Assembly: GCF_033153115.1 (NCBI RefSeq) | Contig: NW_026889803.1 | Coordinates: forward strand, 48,980,001 to 49,044,000 | Source of the DNA: Saccostrea echinata | Taxonomy: Eukaryota | DNA length: 64,000 nt | Reading direction: 5' to 3' | Shown: positions 1 through 13,900 of the stretch, piece by piece | How the letters are laid out: every line of letters starts with the position of its first letter | Numbering within the stretch: the stretch's first letter is position 1 | Notes under the pieces: generated by a model | What the model was told of the DNA's origin: nothing | Seen by the model: the letters and a program-made list of their open reading frames with translations, nothing else | The model's database searches: none | Translations under genes and position numbers: made by a program

Positions 1-823
1 TCAAGTGATAGGATTTCAATAAAATTAGTGATACATGTATACATAAGGGGTTAATAAAGGTTATTCAATTCCCAAGCAATGCAATGAAATAACTGTTACA
101 TAGATAATATTTCATACTAATATCCATATCATATCAGCCCAAGTGGCCCCATATCAGCCTGAGGGCCATATGCCCTAGGGCTGAGGGCCAGAGGGCTGAT
201 ATAACATATATGGGTTTTCACATGTAGTATTCTACATGTATTTATCATATATTTTAAAATCTTTAATATGCAATTTCACATAAAGTCATTTTAGAATGTT
301 TCATGCATGTATATGACCCTTTTCTTTAAAATATTATAGAGCAATTTTAGGTCTGTTAATATACAATTATGGACTTCAGTGTAGGTTGATATGTGGTTAC
401 AAAGATCCATGTCAAGTGATATTGACCTAAGAAACAGAAAATGATAGCGACGGAGCTTGCGAGATCGCTATTATTTTCTCTGTCTGAGGTCAATATCATT
501 TGACATGGGTCCTTATAACCACATATTGACTGTTCACTGAAGTCCATAATAGTTATATTATATAATCACTCAAAGTGAATAATCTGACAGTCCTAACTGA
601 ACGGACTTAGTCGTCATTACATCACAAGGGTAAAACATGCTTCTCATATTATGACGTCAGGTTCTACGTAACTTTGGTGCAGTCGAATGGTGAGTTGTAC
701 GATATCATATTCTGCATATGTGCTTTCAGTCTATATCACAAAAGGACAAATATCACGTGACGTCCTTTCAACCAATGAAAATTACGAAAATAATCTTCTT
801 ATATAATATAAAGTTATACTGAC

Positions 824-3774
824 CGCTGAAGGTCTCCCCTTTCTGTAAGGATGACATGGAGGAATCCAAAGTGACCACACTTCCTCCCAGTCTCTGCATA
901 GCAGCAGAAAACGAACAGCTGGTCCTAGTGCTGACCTCAAAGAACATGGACGCCATCACCTTACCCTATACAATCAAACTTCAAGATCAAGAACTAGGTC
1001 ATATAAAACTAACCTCTCAAAAATTGATATATATACAGTAAAACACAGCTACATATATAATGACTTCAAGCTTACAGCCAAGTTTTTTTTTTTTATTCCC
1101 TGTAGTTTTAAAATTATTTTATAAACTAATGGACAAAACAAAATATGTTTATAATGAATCAAAACTGTTCATCCCTGCCACTTCGTTAAAAGTGTGTTTT
1201 TACTGTACAAGTAAATGTTTTACAAACTTGAAGATGATTACCTTAAGAATGTAATCTAGTGGTCTATCCCTCAATACTGCTATCCTAAACTGATGGGCCA
1301 AGTTAAATAACGTATGTAACTGTCAAAAAAGAAAAAGATTAAATTCCATTTGTTTATACTTGCTTAAAAATGGTTAAGTCGAGAGACTTCAAATTTTTTT
1401 TTTATCTGAACCACCTGTGTACCTTGATAATTAATCAATGATGTGCACTTTATTATGTACATACACGTATATTTACGTGTATGTAAATAATAAAGTGCAC
1501 ATCATTGATTAATTATCAAGGTACACAATTATGTATTGCATTCAATTACAGAAGAAAAACAGAATAAGCAAAATTCACTAATTTGGATAAATCAAAGAAA
1601 ATATACAGTGTTTCCAGAAATTGAGAAATTTTTTTATAATATATTTATCTAAAATAATTACACTTATTGTTATTAAGTATACTGTAAAAGTGGTTATTTA
1701 CACTGGTTGTTAAGTACGCGTTTGTGACGGTCAAACATTACGCGTGGGTGTAATATACGCGGTCGCACGAGTTACTGAGAAAAATTTACGCGGCCATCGT
1801 TTACCAACATCGAGTTGTTCCCCTTTGAAAAGGTCACGTAGTTAACACGCATGTATAAGGAAAAAAAAATAATTAGATATAATTACATGTCCAAACAAAC
1901 TAAACAAAAAGAATTTATTCTGTTGGATAACTAAATATAACGGCGATCTGCACAGTAAAAAGCGATGAAGTGTGAACAACTGGTATACGCTTTATTGTAA
2001 TTATTTACACTAGCTCAAACTTCAAAGTGGGATTTACTTACCTGTATCTGCGCGGCGAGTGTTGGCAATTAATTCAACAGGTATGTTTTTAGCGACTGTG
2101 AGTTTGGGTAACATTTTGGACTAATTATTTGAAATTAAGAGGGACAAACACGTATATACAAAGGAAATGAAAATGAGTATCGATGTTTTTAAGCTTTAAT
2201 TGCGTGACGTTGCTTTAAAATATTTAATATGAAGATGCATTTTTCATTGCACAATTAAAAAAAAAGAACAGTTACTTTTTCATCACTGTTTGTGATGTAT
2301 TTCTCTACTCATGTGTGTTCAATACCACGATTAATATATGACTGGTTCGACCAGTCTAACAGTGTAAGTCGTGGTCTAGAATGATTCCAGAAGTTTGAAA
2401 TTTTGTGAACATACGCGTGGGGGTATTTTACGCGGCTCATACGCTTACCGTGTTAGTAGTGTAAATTTCCCCCACGCGTAAATAACCACTTTTACAGTAA
2501 GCTAAAAACTGAAATAAAAATAATGAACAATTTTAAAACAAATGACTATCCCCTTTCCTGCTTTAAATGTAATGTTCTAGTCTTACTTTGATAACCTTTA
2601 TACAGATAACAATCAAGCACAAGAGTTGTTACCTGTTCTTTGGTAAAACTCTTTACTGTCAGAATATGATGACCTGTGACTCCTTGTGTGTAAAAAGGCA
2701 GTGCTGGGGGCTGAGGGATTCCATGAGAACCTGGGAGAAGAAAACCTTGGTCCCGAACATCTACAGGCAGAAAAACAAAAGGAAATATCTTTTAAATGAA
2801 TATGAAATGGTTAATAAAAACTTTCATTTCTGTACATCTTTCAGCTCCTATTTCCTTGTTAGTCAAGCCAAAGCATTAGAATTCCTTCTCTGATTAGTAC
2901 AAGTTCGTAACACGAGTGTACCTGAATTGTATGCCTAGTTCATATATTGTGCATATTCTCCATCTTCCACTGAAAGATTAGTAATTTTCCACCTTCACAA
3001 TATTCTAACTACAATGATGTGGAATATTGTAATATCTTATTACCACTAAATACACCACAACAGTTAATACTCTTCATGCAATATAAAATACCTCTAAACA
3101 GTTCTTTACCAATTCACCTGTCTAATTTGTTTGAAAATTCTAAAGCTTGCGAGTTTTTGGATATTGTTCAGAAATTTGCTTAGAAAAACACAATGTACCC
3201 TTTTGATAAGACCTTGACACAAAATAAAGCCTTGACCCTGATCAAGTACCAGGCATTTGTCTCATATCAATAACATTTTTGACTGAGGTGCAAATTGTAC
3301 ACAGAGAGACAAGCTAAAAATAATATGCCCCAGATCATAAAAATGTGCAGTATAAACATATGTTAAGCCATGCAGTGGACTATTACAAATATACAGCTAC
3401 GTATAATACCCTGATCTGCTTTAACAGCTTCAGATGCAGGTTCATGAACAGCTGTTTGGGAAAGAATAAGGATATTACATTAGAAGTAAAACAGTGCAAG
3501 CAAACAAGTCTGAACATTCTCTTTATGAAGGTCTACATTTGTATATCCATGTATATTTACCATAGCCTGGTTCCATTGCACGTGGTCTTGGTCTGTCTGA
3601 TAACTGAGATTGGGTCAGTTTACGTGGACTGGAGGGTTCAGATGAGGGCTGAGAGGATACATTGTAACTTATTGGAGGAATCTGAACCTGTAGCTGGTCC
3701 CCTGATCCCGCTGGGACAGAACTTTGTAAGGTATAACTTCTTATGTCCAATCCAAAACCTTTAGGAACCAGGAC
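824..3774 (-). CDS. CAD: CAD exons 34-38: DHO-ATC linker and N-terminal part of aspartate transcarbamylase
   Basis: S/P/Q-rich linker, then [23 protein letters not shown] and the carbamoyl-phosphate binding motif [22 protein letters not shown], then SSLQKGET. Confidence 0.95.
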
Positions 3775-6700
3775 CTGAATAAAGATAGCAAAAATATCAA
3801 CGAGACTAAATATAAATTCTGAAGCCAATAGTTTAATCATACAATTTTATTTATTTAGAACATAAACAAGCCATATATAAGAATTCTTTATATACCTCAT
3901 TTTCAATGTAGGCCACCTCTCCTCTTAAAACTGTCCTCATGACTTTGCCAACAACATTCATACCAGCAAATGGTGTCCATTTTGATTTAGAGAAGGTCAT
4001 GTGATCGGGTATTGTCCAATGATGTTCCAAATCTACCTCTATATATGTATCAGGCTGGTCTGGCAAATTGAAGATTCTTTTGGGATTTGTATGAAGTCTA
4101 GCAATCAAGTCCTGTACAAAACAAAGATAAAGTAGTTCTGATGTGACATACGCTTGACTTATAACATCAGTCACCCACTTTCAATTTAGGATCAATTTTT
4201 AATTTTTATCATAGTTAAAGAAATTAACCAAATGAGATGGACTGTTACCTCAATGGTTAGTCTGCCATCATGAACAGCAGTCAGTAGTAATGGAAGCATG
4301 GTCTCTAATCCAGGGAACCCCGGTGGGGGTTTAGCACTTTTTTTCTCCTCCACTGCATGAGGGGCTAAAACAGAGGAACATTCATTCAGAAATATCAACA
4401 TCTACCTAAGATACATATAGTACATGTTAAATTCATAATTCAGTGTACTGTACATCTAGAATCATACGAAGATGGTTCTATCTCCTTTGAACAATATCAT
4501 TGTGATTTTAAAATAAAGTCAGTTTTAATATATTTTACAAATAAAATTAAATCATTGAAACCCATTACCTATGAACATTAAAACAACTTATCCTACCATG
4601 GTCCGTAGCAAAGCAGTCGATGATATCGATATTGTCCCACAGAGCCTCCTGGTCCTCCATGGTAACCAGACATGGCCTGACTTGACCATGACCTATCCTG
4701 TCAAGGTCATTAGAGGTCAAGAAAAGGTGATGGGGAGCCACTTCACAGGTTACAGATAACCCTTTCTCTTTAGCAGCCTTTATAACTAAAATCTGAAAGA
4801 AAATAATTTCATTTACAAGAACTGATCTCCATACAAAAATCTTTTGAGTTCAATTGTAGGGGTAAAAACTGGATTCAAGAAGATTGTCTGTTAAATTTTA
4901 AATTTTTTGCATACCTCTTCTTTCCTTGCCACGTGACAGATATGGACGTGCCTTTTGTACAGTTCAGACAGGAGGATAATAGCTGCTGTGTGCGTTCCCT
5001 CAGCATGAGCACAAATTGGCATATGCTTAGGCCAGTTTTCAAAATGCTGTCAAATAAGAAAATCATGCACCTCAACCTGATTTCCTTTTTTTTTTTAATT
5101 TACCTATAAAATGAAAAGTTATCTTTTTTTAGTCATATCCATTTGGAATCTGTTCCCCCTATTGGACATAGTTACAAGTTACCTTCATCCAGATAGAAAT
5201 GTCATTTAGTTTCAGAGTTGTGAATGTCTCATTTAGGTACATCTTTAAAGCACAAGCTTTGGATGAAATCTGAGGAAGAGTGGAGTAGTTATCACTGCTG
5301 GCACCCAAGAAAATTCCATAATCACAACGAGCTCCAAGTCTGGCCAACTGTGTAGTACAGAAAAATTATCACTCAAAAATAAATCAATGTTCAGTTCTAT
5401 TCCAAAACTGAATAAAACAAGAAGTCTGTGAGCCAATGCTCACTAATAATACCCCCACTCTGATGTGAATACACAAGTTCATTTTTGGACAGACACAGGG
5501 ATAAACAAGAAGTTGACATTAGATTCATACAAAAATGAATCCCACCATATGACATGCCTAAAACAATGAGTCTGCTAAACTTTCAAACATCTGCAATAAG
5601 TAGTTGCTGAAAAATCTGCAACCAAAATTTGTAATGTATGGTATGGACAGACGCATAGATAAACAGGAAGTTGACATCAGATTCGTACAAAAATTAATCC
5701 CACCATATGGCATGCCTAAACAAAGAGCGTGTTAAAATTTCAAGCATCTGCGATGAGTAATTGCGGAGAAAACTGTGACCAAAATTTGTTATTTATGATA
5801 CGGACAGACGCATGGATAAACAAGAAGTTGACACTGGATTCTCACAAAAATGGATCCCACCATACGGCATGCCTAAATAAAGAGGGTGTTAATATTTCAA
5901 GCATCTACGATGAATAGTTGCTGAGAAAACTGCGACCAAAATTTGTTATGTATGGTACGGACAGACGTACAGATAAACAGGAAGTTGACATCGGATTCTC
6001 ACAAAAATAGATCCCACCACATGGCATGCCTAAACAAAGTGGGTGTTAAAATTTCAAGCAACAGCGATGAGTAATTGCTGAGAAAACTATCACCAAAATT
6101 TGTTATGGACAGACGCAGGAAGTTGTCATGGATTCTCACAAAAATGGATCCCACCATATGGCATGCCTAAACAAAGAATGTGTTAAAATTTCAAGCATCA
6201 GCGATAAGTAATTGCTGAGAAAACTGCGACCAAAATTTGTTTCGGACAGACACACGGACACACAGATGGACGGACAGACAGACACACAAGGGTAAGACAG
6301 TATACCCCCCTCTCCTTCAGAGCGGGGGTATAAAAATCAAAACTTCTGTCATCCAAAATGAACAGGAAGTCTGTTAGAAAGAGGAAACAAAAGTAACGTG
6401 ATGAGGTGACAAACCTTCTGTGTAAGTGTAAGAGCAGCATCATCCACGGTTGGTGGATTAGTGTTTGGCATGGCAAGAATCATTGTGATACCACCAGCCA
6501 GAGCCGCCGAGGTGGCACTAGACCAGTCTTCCTTATGAGTGGCTCCTGGTTCCCTCACGTGGACATGAACATCAATAAAACCTACAACACAACAACATTA
6601 TAAAACCTACATAGATCTCGTGCTGCTGTTATGATTTTACTTCTGAGATAGAACTTTGTAAAGTTTAACTAGATTGCATAAATGGCTTCAGCTATACAAG

Positions 6701-9700
6701 TACTGTAAATGTATTCTTTTTCCCTTAATTACCTGGTAACCTGACCACTCTGTGTGAGGATATACAGTCTATATGGGTCTTCAGTTGAGGGGCTGCTCCA
6801 TTTAGTCTTCTCATGGACTGCAACGAACAAATCCATAATGCACAACCTTATGTAAAATTTACTTTTCAGATCACATGCATTTCTTTTTTTCCTCTTTGTC
6901 AATTCTTAAATGGACAACAGTCAAAACTTTACCTCTATGAGTAGTTTAGAACATTTGATATCAGTAATCAGTGGTACGGAGTAGTCTACTGCCATTCTGC
7001 GAGTCTTGTAACCCTGGGTAACAAATGATGAAGCTCGGTAGGACCCAGAATTCCTCAAAGGAAGATTGATCACAAGGTCAAACATGTTGTCTGAAAGATA
7101 GTCTGCGATTGTCCTCTGCTCCCCACCATTCTTCTTGCGGTCCCCTGTGTCTTCATATGGCCAATCTACAGGATTCACCTAAACATGCAATCAAGTCCTT
7201 TATTACAGCAAATTACCTTTCCCTCTCTTCAGCTTTTTTCTTATGTTGAATACTTGAAATTCACTGTCGGTCCCATAAAATATTCCCATAGCTGACAACA
7301 TAGTGAAGTGAAAAATTGTAAAGAGGGGGTTTAGGGGTCACATACACCAAAGGAGATTTTTTCGTTTTGTTTACCTTAAAATAATAAGTTATCGCTGTAA
7401 GGATTATGAATTTTTTATATTATTACAGTAAAAATAAAGATTGACAGCTATTCCAGTATTTCAAACTTTCCATAGAGAAAAACAGAAATTGGAAGTATAA
7501 ATAGAGAAATTTTAAGGCATAATTTGGATGCTCAAGCTGTAAGCCTTATGCCAAAATTGTAAGGGTTGGCAGCTCTGCATTTCTACCTTTAATCCATGTT
7601 CATTGTAGAAATCAGCTGTCCCCATGCTGGCATACAAGTTATATCCCATGTTCTGAAGACTTCTAACTGAAGGAAGCAATTCTTTTTTGTCCTAAAAAAA
7701 TAAGCATGTTAAATTTTCAAGCAGGATGATACACAGATACATGTACATATTCATATCTCTACATTTAGCATACAAATTACATAATCCTCTTTTTATTAAT
7801 CTTTATACATGATTGTACATGTACTTCAATGAAATATAGAGAACAAGATTTTAATGAATTCATACTTTCAGCGAAGTAATTTTCATTCCCAGTTGTTTTA
7901 CAACGTTTTTCTGATTTTTCGAACTAATCAAACATAACACAATACCTTGAAAACAAATCAAATCTTATTTTCCACAACACTTCAATTTTAATGAGTTATA
8001 CAAAATTTTGATACTGTTCACCTTACTCTGAAAGAACCAAAAGTAAATTACATTTCTCCACACATTTTCTAAGTACTGTACACATGAAAATGTCAATACC
8101 CACCTTAAAGCTCCCTATAGACAACAGTATGTTCTTTTTAGGGATCTTAAATCCTGTGCTGATAATGGCCTTGAGGTAAGCCTCATATCGATTTTCTCCA
8201 AAGCATGCCACCTCCCCAGTGCTGGACATTTCAACACCTAGCAACACGTCTGCTCCATGTAGCCGAGAGAATGAAAACACAGGAACCTGAAATAATAGAC
8301 AATTTATATGCACCTTCTTTCTTCAATCTGATAAGGACTTCAAATTGACAAGACATTTCAAATAATTATATTTTCACAAATAAATAGATAAATCCCAGTG
8401 CCCTCTCTTCAGATATGATATTTAAATATCAAAAAAGGAGCCTGACCTTGACCCCAACTCTTCCACAGCCATACAGCACATTTATTGGATCCACCACTTC
8501 TCCCATGATCACTCTGGTTGCTGTGGCAATAAAATCATGGTCTAAAGTCTTGGATACAAAAGGGAATGATCTGGAAACTCTAACATTGCACTCGATGACT
8601 TTTAATTGGTTATCCTGAAAATATCAAGAGTTACATGTACATTCTATAATGCATAAGGTACTCTTTTAAGAACAGTAAGTAAAAAATATCAGTGAAAGAC
8701 TTCATCATCATGTGGGTATTACCTTGGCAATAAGTTGAAGATTGAATGGTCCTGTGACTTCTAAAGCTCGGCCTATTGCACAGCAGATGACCCTTATCTT
8801 AGCCAGGGTTTCCTCGTTGAGATCCTGTGGTGGTGTCACAAGTGTGGCATCCCCAGAGTGGACCCCAGCATTCTCCACATGTTCTGACACAGCCATACAA
8901 ATCACTTCTCCATCAGCCGCTACCGCATCCACATCTATCTCCTACAGAACAAACAATCTTATATCCTACTTAGCACATAACAGTCACATTCAATTATCTC
9001 GAAAATCAGTAATAATTTGCAGACAGCAACCTGAACAATTGATGCCTTTCAAAAACAAGTAAAAATTTCCCTAGTATATTTACATCATCAGCATTTCAAT
9101 GATAGACACCTGCTTACCTTGGCTTCTAGAATAAACTTAGAGATAACAACAGGATGCTCCTTGGATACAGCACTAGCCTGACTAAGATAATCCTCCAAGT
9201 CCTTGTCAGAATGAGCCACATTCATGGCTGCCCCACTGAGAACGTATGAGGGACGAACCAGACAAGGAAATCCCACCTCCTTACAGAAATCCTTGGCTGC
9301 CTAGCAATGAAAGGTAGTTTTCCACTGACTTTTTTATTATTACAAAACAGTTCTAAAATTGTCTCTAAATGAAATCTTTCAATAAATACTTATATTTCTT
9401 GTATAATATATACAAAATACATGTACCTTTACAGTATAATTCATCATTTTTGACCTATATTCAGCTCATATTCTAGAGATACTTGTGTGACATTACCTCC
9501 ACAGTTGATAACTCCTTCCACAGAGGTTGATGGATCCCCATGTTGTCCAACATACGGGAAAATTTGAACCGATTCTCAGCATTGTCAATACTCTCTGGAG
9601 ATGTACCCAAAATCCGGGCCTAAAAAAATACTTCTCTACTGAACATTCCCATTTTTAAAATCCACAGTTTAGGACATTTAAAAGTTTACTTGCATGATTT

Positions 9701-10713
9701 CAGGCTATGTAGGAAATTCAGTACAAGAATTTAGTCCTTGGTAGAGTTGTATGCAATGATACCTACCTGCTGTCTGTGAAGTTGCATTGCTATGTTGTTG
9801 GGCAGCTGTCCACCTACAGACAAAATGATTCCCTCAGGGTTCTCCAAGTTGTAAATATCCATAACAGTCTGAAAACATTAACATGAACAAAAGAAAAAAA
9901 GTAAAATAGGACCTTAATAAGGTTCATTGATATAACAAGATGTGTTTGTGAAACACTGATGCCCCCGTATGGCAGCTTATGGCAAAGGTTAAAGTTTCTT
10001 CAAATGCAACTCAAAATCCAGGCCAAAAGATAAGAAATGTTGATACCCAAAGAAAGGTCTTGTCTCGAGGAATACACCTGTGAAATTTGAAAGACCTAGA
10101 AACAACTGTTCAAAAGTTATGGCGAAGGTTAAAGTTTTTTAAATAAAAGTCAAACGTCAAGGTCAAAGTGGTTGGTGTCCAAAGGAAGATCTTGTCACAA
10201 GGATTACATTTGTGAAGTATGAAAGCCCTAGCACCAACCATTTAAAATTTATGGCCAAGTTTAAAGTTTTTCAAAAGTAGGTCAAACTCCTAGGTCAAGG
10301 TCAAAGGGTCAAAGTGGTTGGTACCCAAAGGAAGGTCTTGTCACAAGGATTACATATGTGAAGTATGAAAGCCCTAGCATCAACCATTCAAAAGTTATGG
10401 CCAAGGTTAAAGTTTTTCAAAAGTTGGTCAAACTCCTAGGTCAAGGTCATAAGGTCAAAGTGGTGGTTGATATCCAAAGGAAGGTCTTGTCGCAAGGATT
10501 ACATATGTGAAGTATGAAAGCCCTAGCTCTAACCATTCAAAAGTTATGGCCAAGGTTAAAATTTTTCAAAAGTAGGTCAAACTCCTAGGTCAAGGTCAAA
10601 GGGTCAAAGTGGTTGATATCCAGGGGAAGGTCTTGTCACAAGGAATACACATGTGAAGTTTGAAACCCTAAGCACCAACTGTTCAAAAGTTATGGCCAAG
10701 GTTAAAGTTTTTC

Positions 10714-10744
<31 letters not shown>

Positions 10745-10869
10745 AAAGGTCAAAGTTGTTGGTATCCAAAGGAAGGCCTTGTCACAAAGAATACACATGT
10801 GAAGTTTGAAACCCTAAGCATCAACTGTTCAGAAGTTATGGCCAAGGTTAAAGTCTCATAAAATTTTGC

Positions 10870-10900
<31 letters not shown>

Positions 10901-13900
10901 AAAGGTCAAATATGATGGTACCCAAAGAAAGGTCTTGTTACAAGGAATACACATGTGAAATATGAAAGTCATAGCTCCAACCAATCAAAAGTTATGGGCA
11001 AGGTTAAAGTTGACAACAGACAGACAGACAAACAGACAAACAGACAGATAAACAGACAAACAGATAAACAGACAAACAGACAAACAGACAGACAGGACAA
11101 AAACAATATACCCCCGGGATCTTTCGATCCGGGGGCATAAAAATTTCAATTACATCAAAATTTTGAGTGAAATACTTACTTCAAATGAGATTTCATCAAA
11201 GTAGAGTCTATCACACATGTCATAATCTGTACTGACTGTCTCTGGGTTATAATTCACCATTATGGTCTTGTATCCCATCTGTTACATAGGAGACAAAGAA
11301 TGTACAATGTAAGTTTAGTGTTAGACTTCGATAAATTAGTACATGTAGTATATTTGTTAAAGAAACTGGCAACAAGATGCTCATTTAAAGTGATTTACCC
11401 ACAGTAAAATAAATAACTCTAATATTTATCATCTAAACTTTGTATGAACTTTACAGAATAATTTTTATGCATTTGTCATAAATCATATCTGCCATTAATA
11501 ATGATGACCCTGACCTCTCTTAGACTCCTAATACAGTTGACAGCACACCAGTCAAACTCCACACTACTTCCTATCCTGTAGACTCCGGACCCTATAACCA
11601 TGATGTAGCCTCCTGGAAATGAGACATCATTCTCTGATCCACTGTATGTGAGATACAAGTAGTTAGTCTGAGCTGGCCATTCAGCAGCCACCGTGTCAAT
11701 CTGCTTCACACAAGGGTGAATTTTTAATTCATAACGCTTCTTACGAACCACCATTTCTGTGCTGAAAATAGAGGACTTGCATATTCTATTAAATGTTTTG
11801 AGAGAAATACATCAGATTATCGTTTTTTCATACAAAGAAAGGTGCAAAAGCAGCTTTTACAACAAACATACCTTTCTACAGCCTTGGCAATTTGTTCATC
11901 ACAAAACCCTAGCTTCTTTGCTTCAAGCAGAACTCTTTTTGGAATGCTGCTCATCTATGAAAGTTGTACAATTCTAATTAATGTAAACTCTCATCAAAAG
12001 AAAAATTTCTTCAAACGAATGATCTGCACATGACAAATACAATATTCTTAGACATACAACCTTGTGTCTGTAGTTTTCCAGTCCTGTCATGCAGTCTGTA
12101 ATGTTCTTAAACTTGTGTAGAAACCACCTGTCTATCTTGGTAAGTTCATACAATTTATCTACACTGTAGCCCTGCTTAAGAGCACCTGCCACCACAAAGA
12201 TACGCTCGTCAGTAGGCTCTCGTAGTTCCTATTTAAAAACAAGATCTATATGAATATTCACACACACCACAACCTTAATAGAAGTATTATCCTAACCTTT
12301 CTGGAGTCAACACACTCACCACGTCGGACACTTCTATGTTGTAATGGTCGAATCCAGTGACACTTTGTTCCATCATTCTAAGAGCTTTTTGGACTGCCTC
12401 CTCAAATCTTCTTCCAATAGCCATCACTTCTCCAACACTCTTCATAGAACTTCCGATCTAGGAAAGTGAGGCAAAGTTCATTTATTTTGTACCTTGTATC
12501 TTGACAAACTCAGAAAGCTTTAATTTGGATTCATATATAAGCTCAATATTTAACAAAACAAACACCATATACATGAAATTCATGAGACTATACTAAGCAC
12601 AGTGTATCAGCAATACCCACTAGAAAGTTGCAAAAATTTTAATCGTAGTCTTCGTTCAACTCTGACTAAAAATTACTCAATTATTCATGTTTTATGATGA
12701 CAATATGGTAAGATAAAGCAATGAAATACTGTGATGGTGGTAATAAAATATTCTGATTTATCATCAGCTTCCCAAATTATCTTTTAAATTCATATTTCAC
12801 TTTAAATTTACTGTAAAAGGACTAAAACACGAGAAATAATAAAAAAAGACCCTTCCCTCCCCCAAAATTTACCTTAGTTGAAACTCGAGAAAACTTCTTT
12901 AGATCCCATCTTGGGATTTTGACTACACAGTAGTCAAGACTTGGTTCAAAGCAGGCCGTTGTGGAATTTTCCTTGGAATTTGTGACAGAGTTCCTCAGTT
13001 CTGGGAGGGGAATTCCGAGAGCCAATTTAGCGGCAACATAAGCCAGAGGGTAACCTGTGGCTTTACTGGCCAGGGCAGAGCTTCTTGACAGACGAGCATT
13101 TACCTCAATGATGTAATACTGAAAGAGAGTGAAATACACCCATCAACACTTTATCAAATCTTTCTTGTCAAAATGCCACATACATGTACATACACAAAGC
13201 ATTTATCATATTTCTAAAACAATGATATGAACTTACCTCTTTGGACTCTGGGTTTAGTGCATACTGTATGTTACATTCTCCCACGACTTGCAGGTGTCGG
13301 ATGACCTTAATTGCAGTGGCCCTCAGCATGTTATACTCTATGTTAGTCAGGGTCTGACTGGGGGCCACTACTATAGACTCTCCTGTGTGAATACCAAGGG
13401 GGTCCACATTCTCCATGTTACATACCTGTTACAAAAACAAAAGTAGTGTACTTAATATCAATTAAAATTGAACTTTGAAAGTAATCATCTCTAATTATGT
13501 GTCACTACAGTGGTATTTTTGCAAACCTTGCTTATGTGAAACTTTTAAAGAACAGACATTGCATCTTCTGTTCATAGTGTACGAAGTAATTGTACCTTGC
13601 ATTGTTGGAGCACTTACTGTAATACAGTTATCGTATGCATCTCTGACCACTTCATACTCGACTTCTTTCCAACCTTTCAGAGATTTATCTACCAAGACCT
13701 GACTTGTGTGAGCAAATGCTGCAGAAGCCAGTGTCAGAAGTTGTTCCTTATTGTCTGCAAATCCAGACCCTAATCCTCCCAGAGCAAACGCTGCCCTGAC
13801 TAAGACTGGGTATCCTAGTCGCTCAGCTGCTTGTACTGCCTACAACAATAATAAAAACATTTTTGGGCATTTTCCATCATTTCAAGCTACAGGATGCAAA

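Noticed and set aside
130-800. GC-rich TATCAGCCC/GGGCTGATA palindromic patch and adjacent sequence as a defined transposon
   Set aside because: Probably repeat-derived, but I could not define termini or a family
5416-11143. CRISPR-like or coding repeats
   Set aside because: Eukaryotic context; monomers are head-to-tail with no unique spacers, so these are satellite arrays within HINEs
12694-12756. C/D snoRNA-like ATGATGA...CTGA
   Set aside because: Antisense to the CAD host intron, with no terminal stem or recognisable guide
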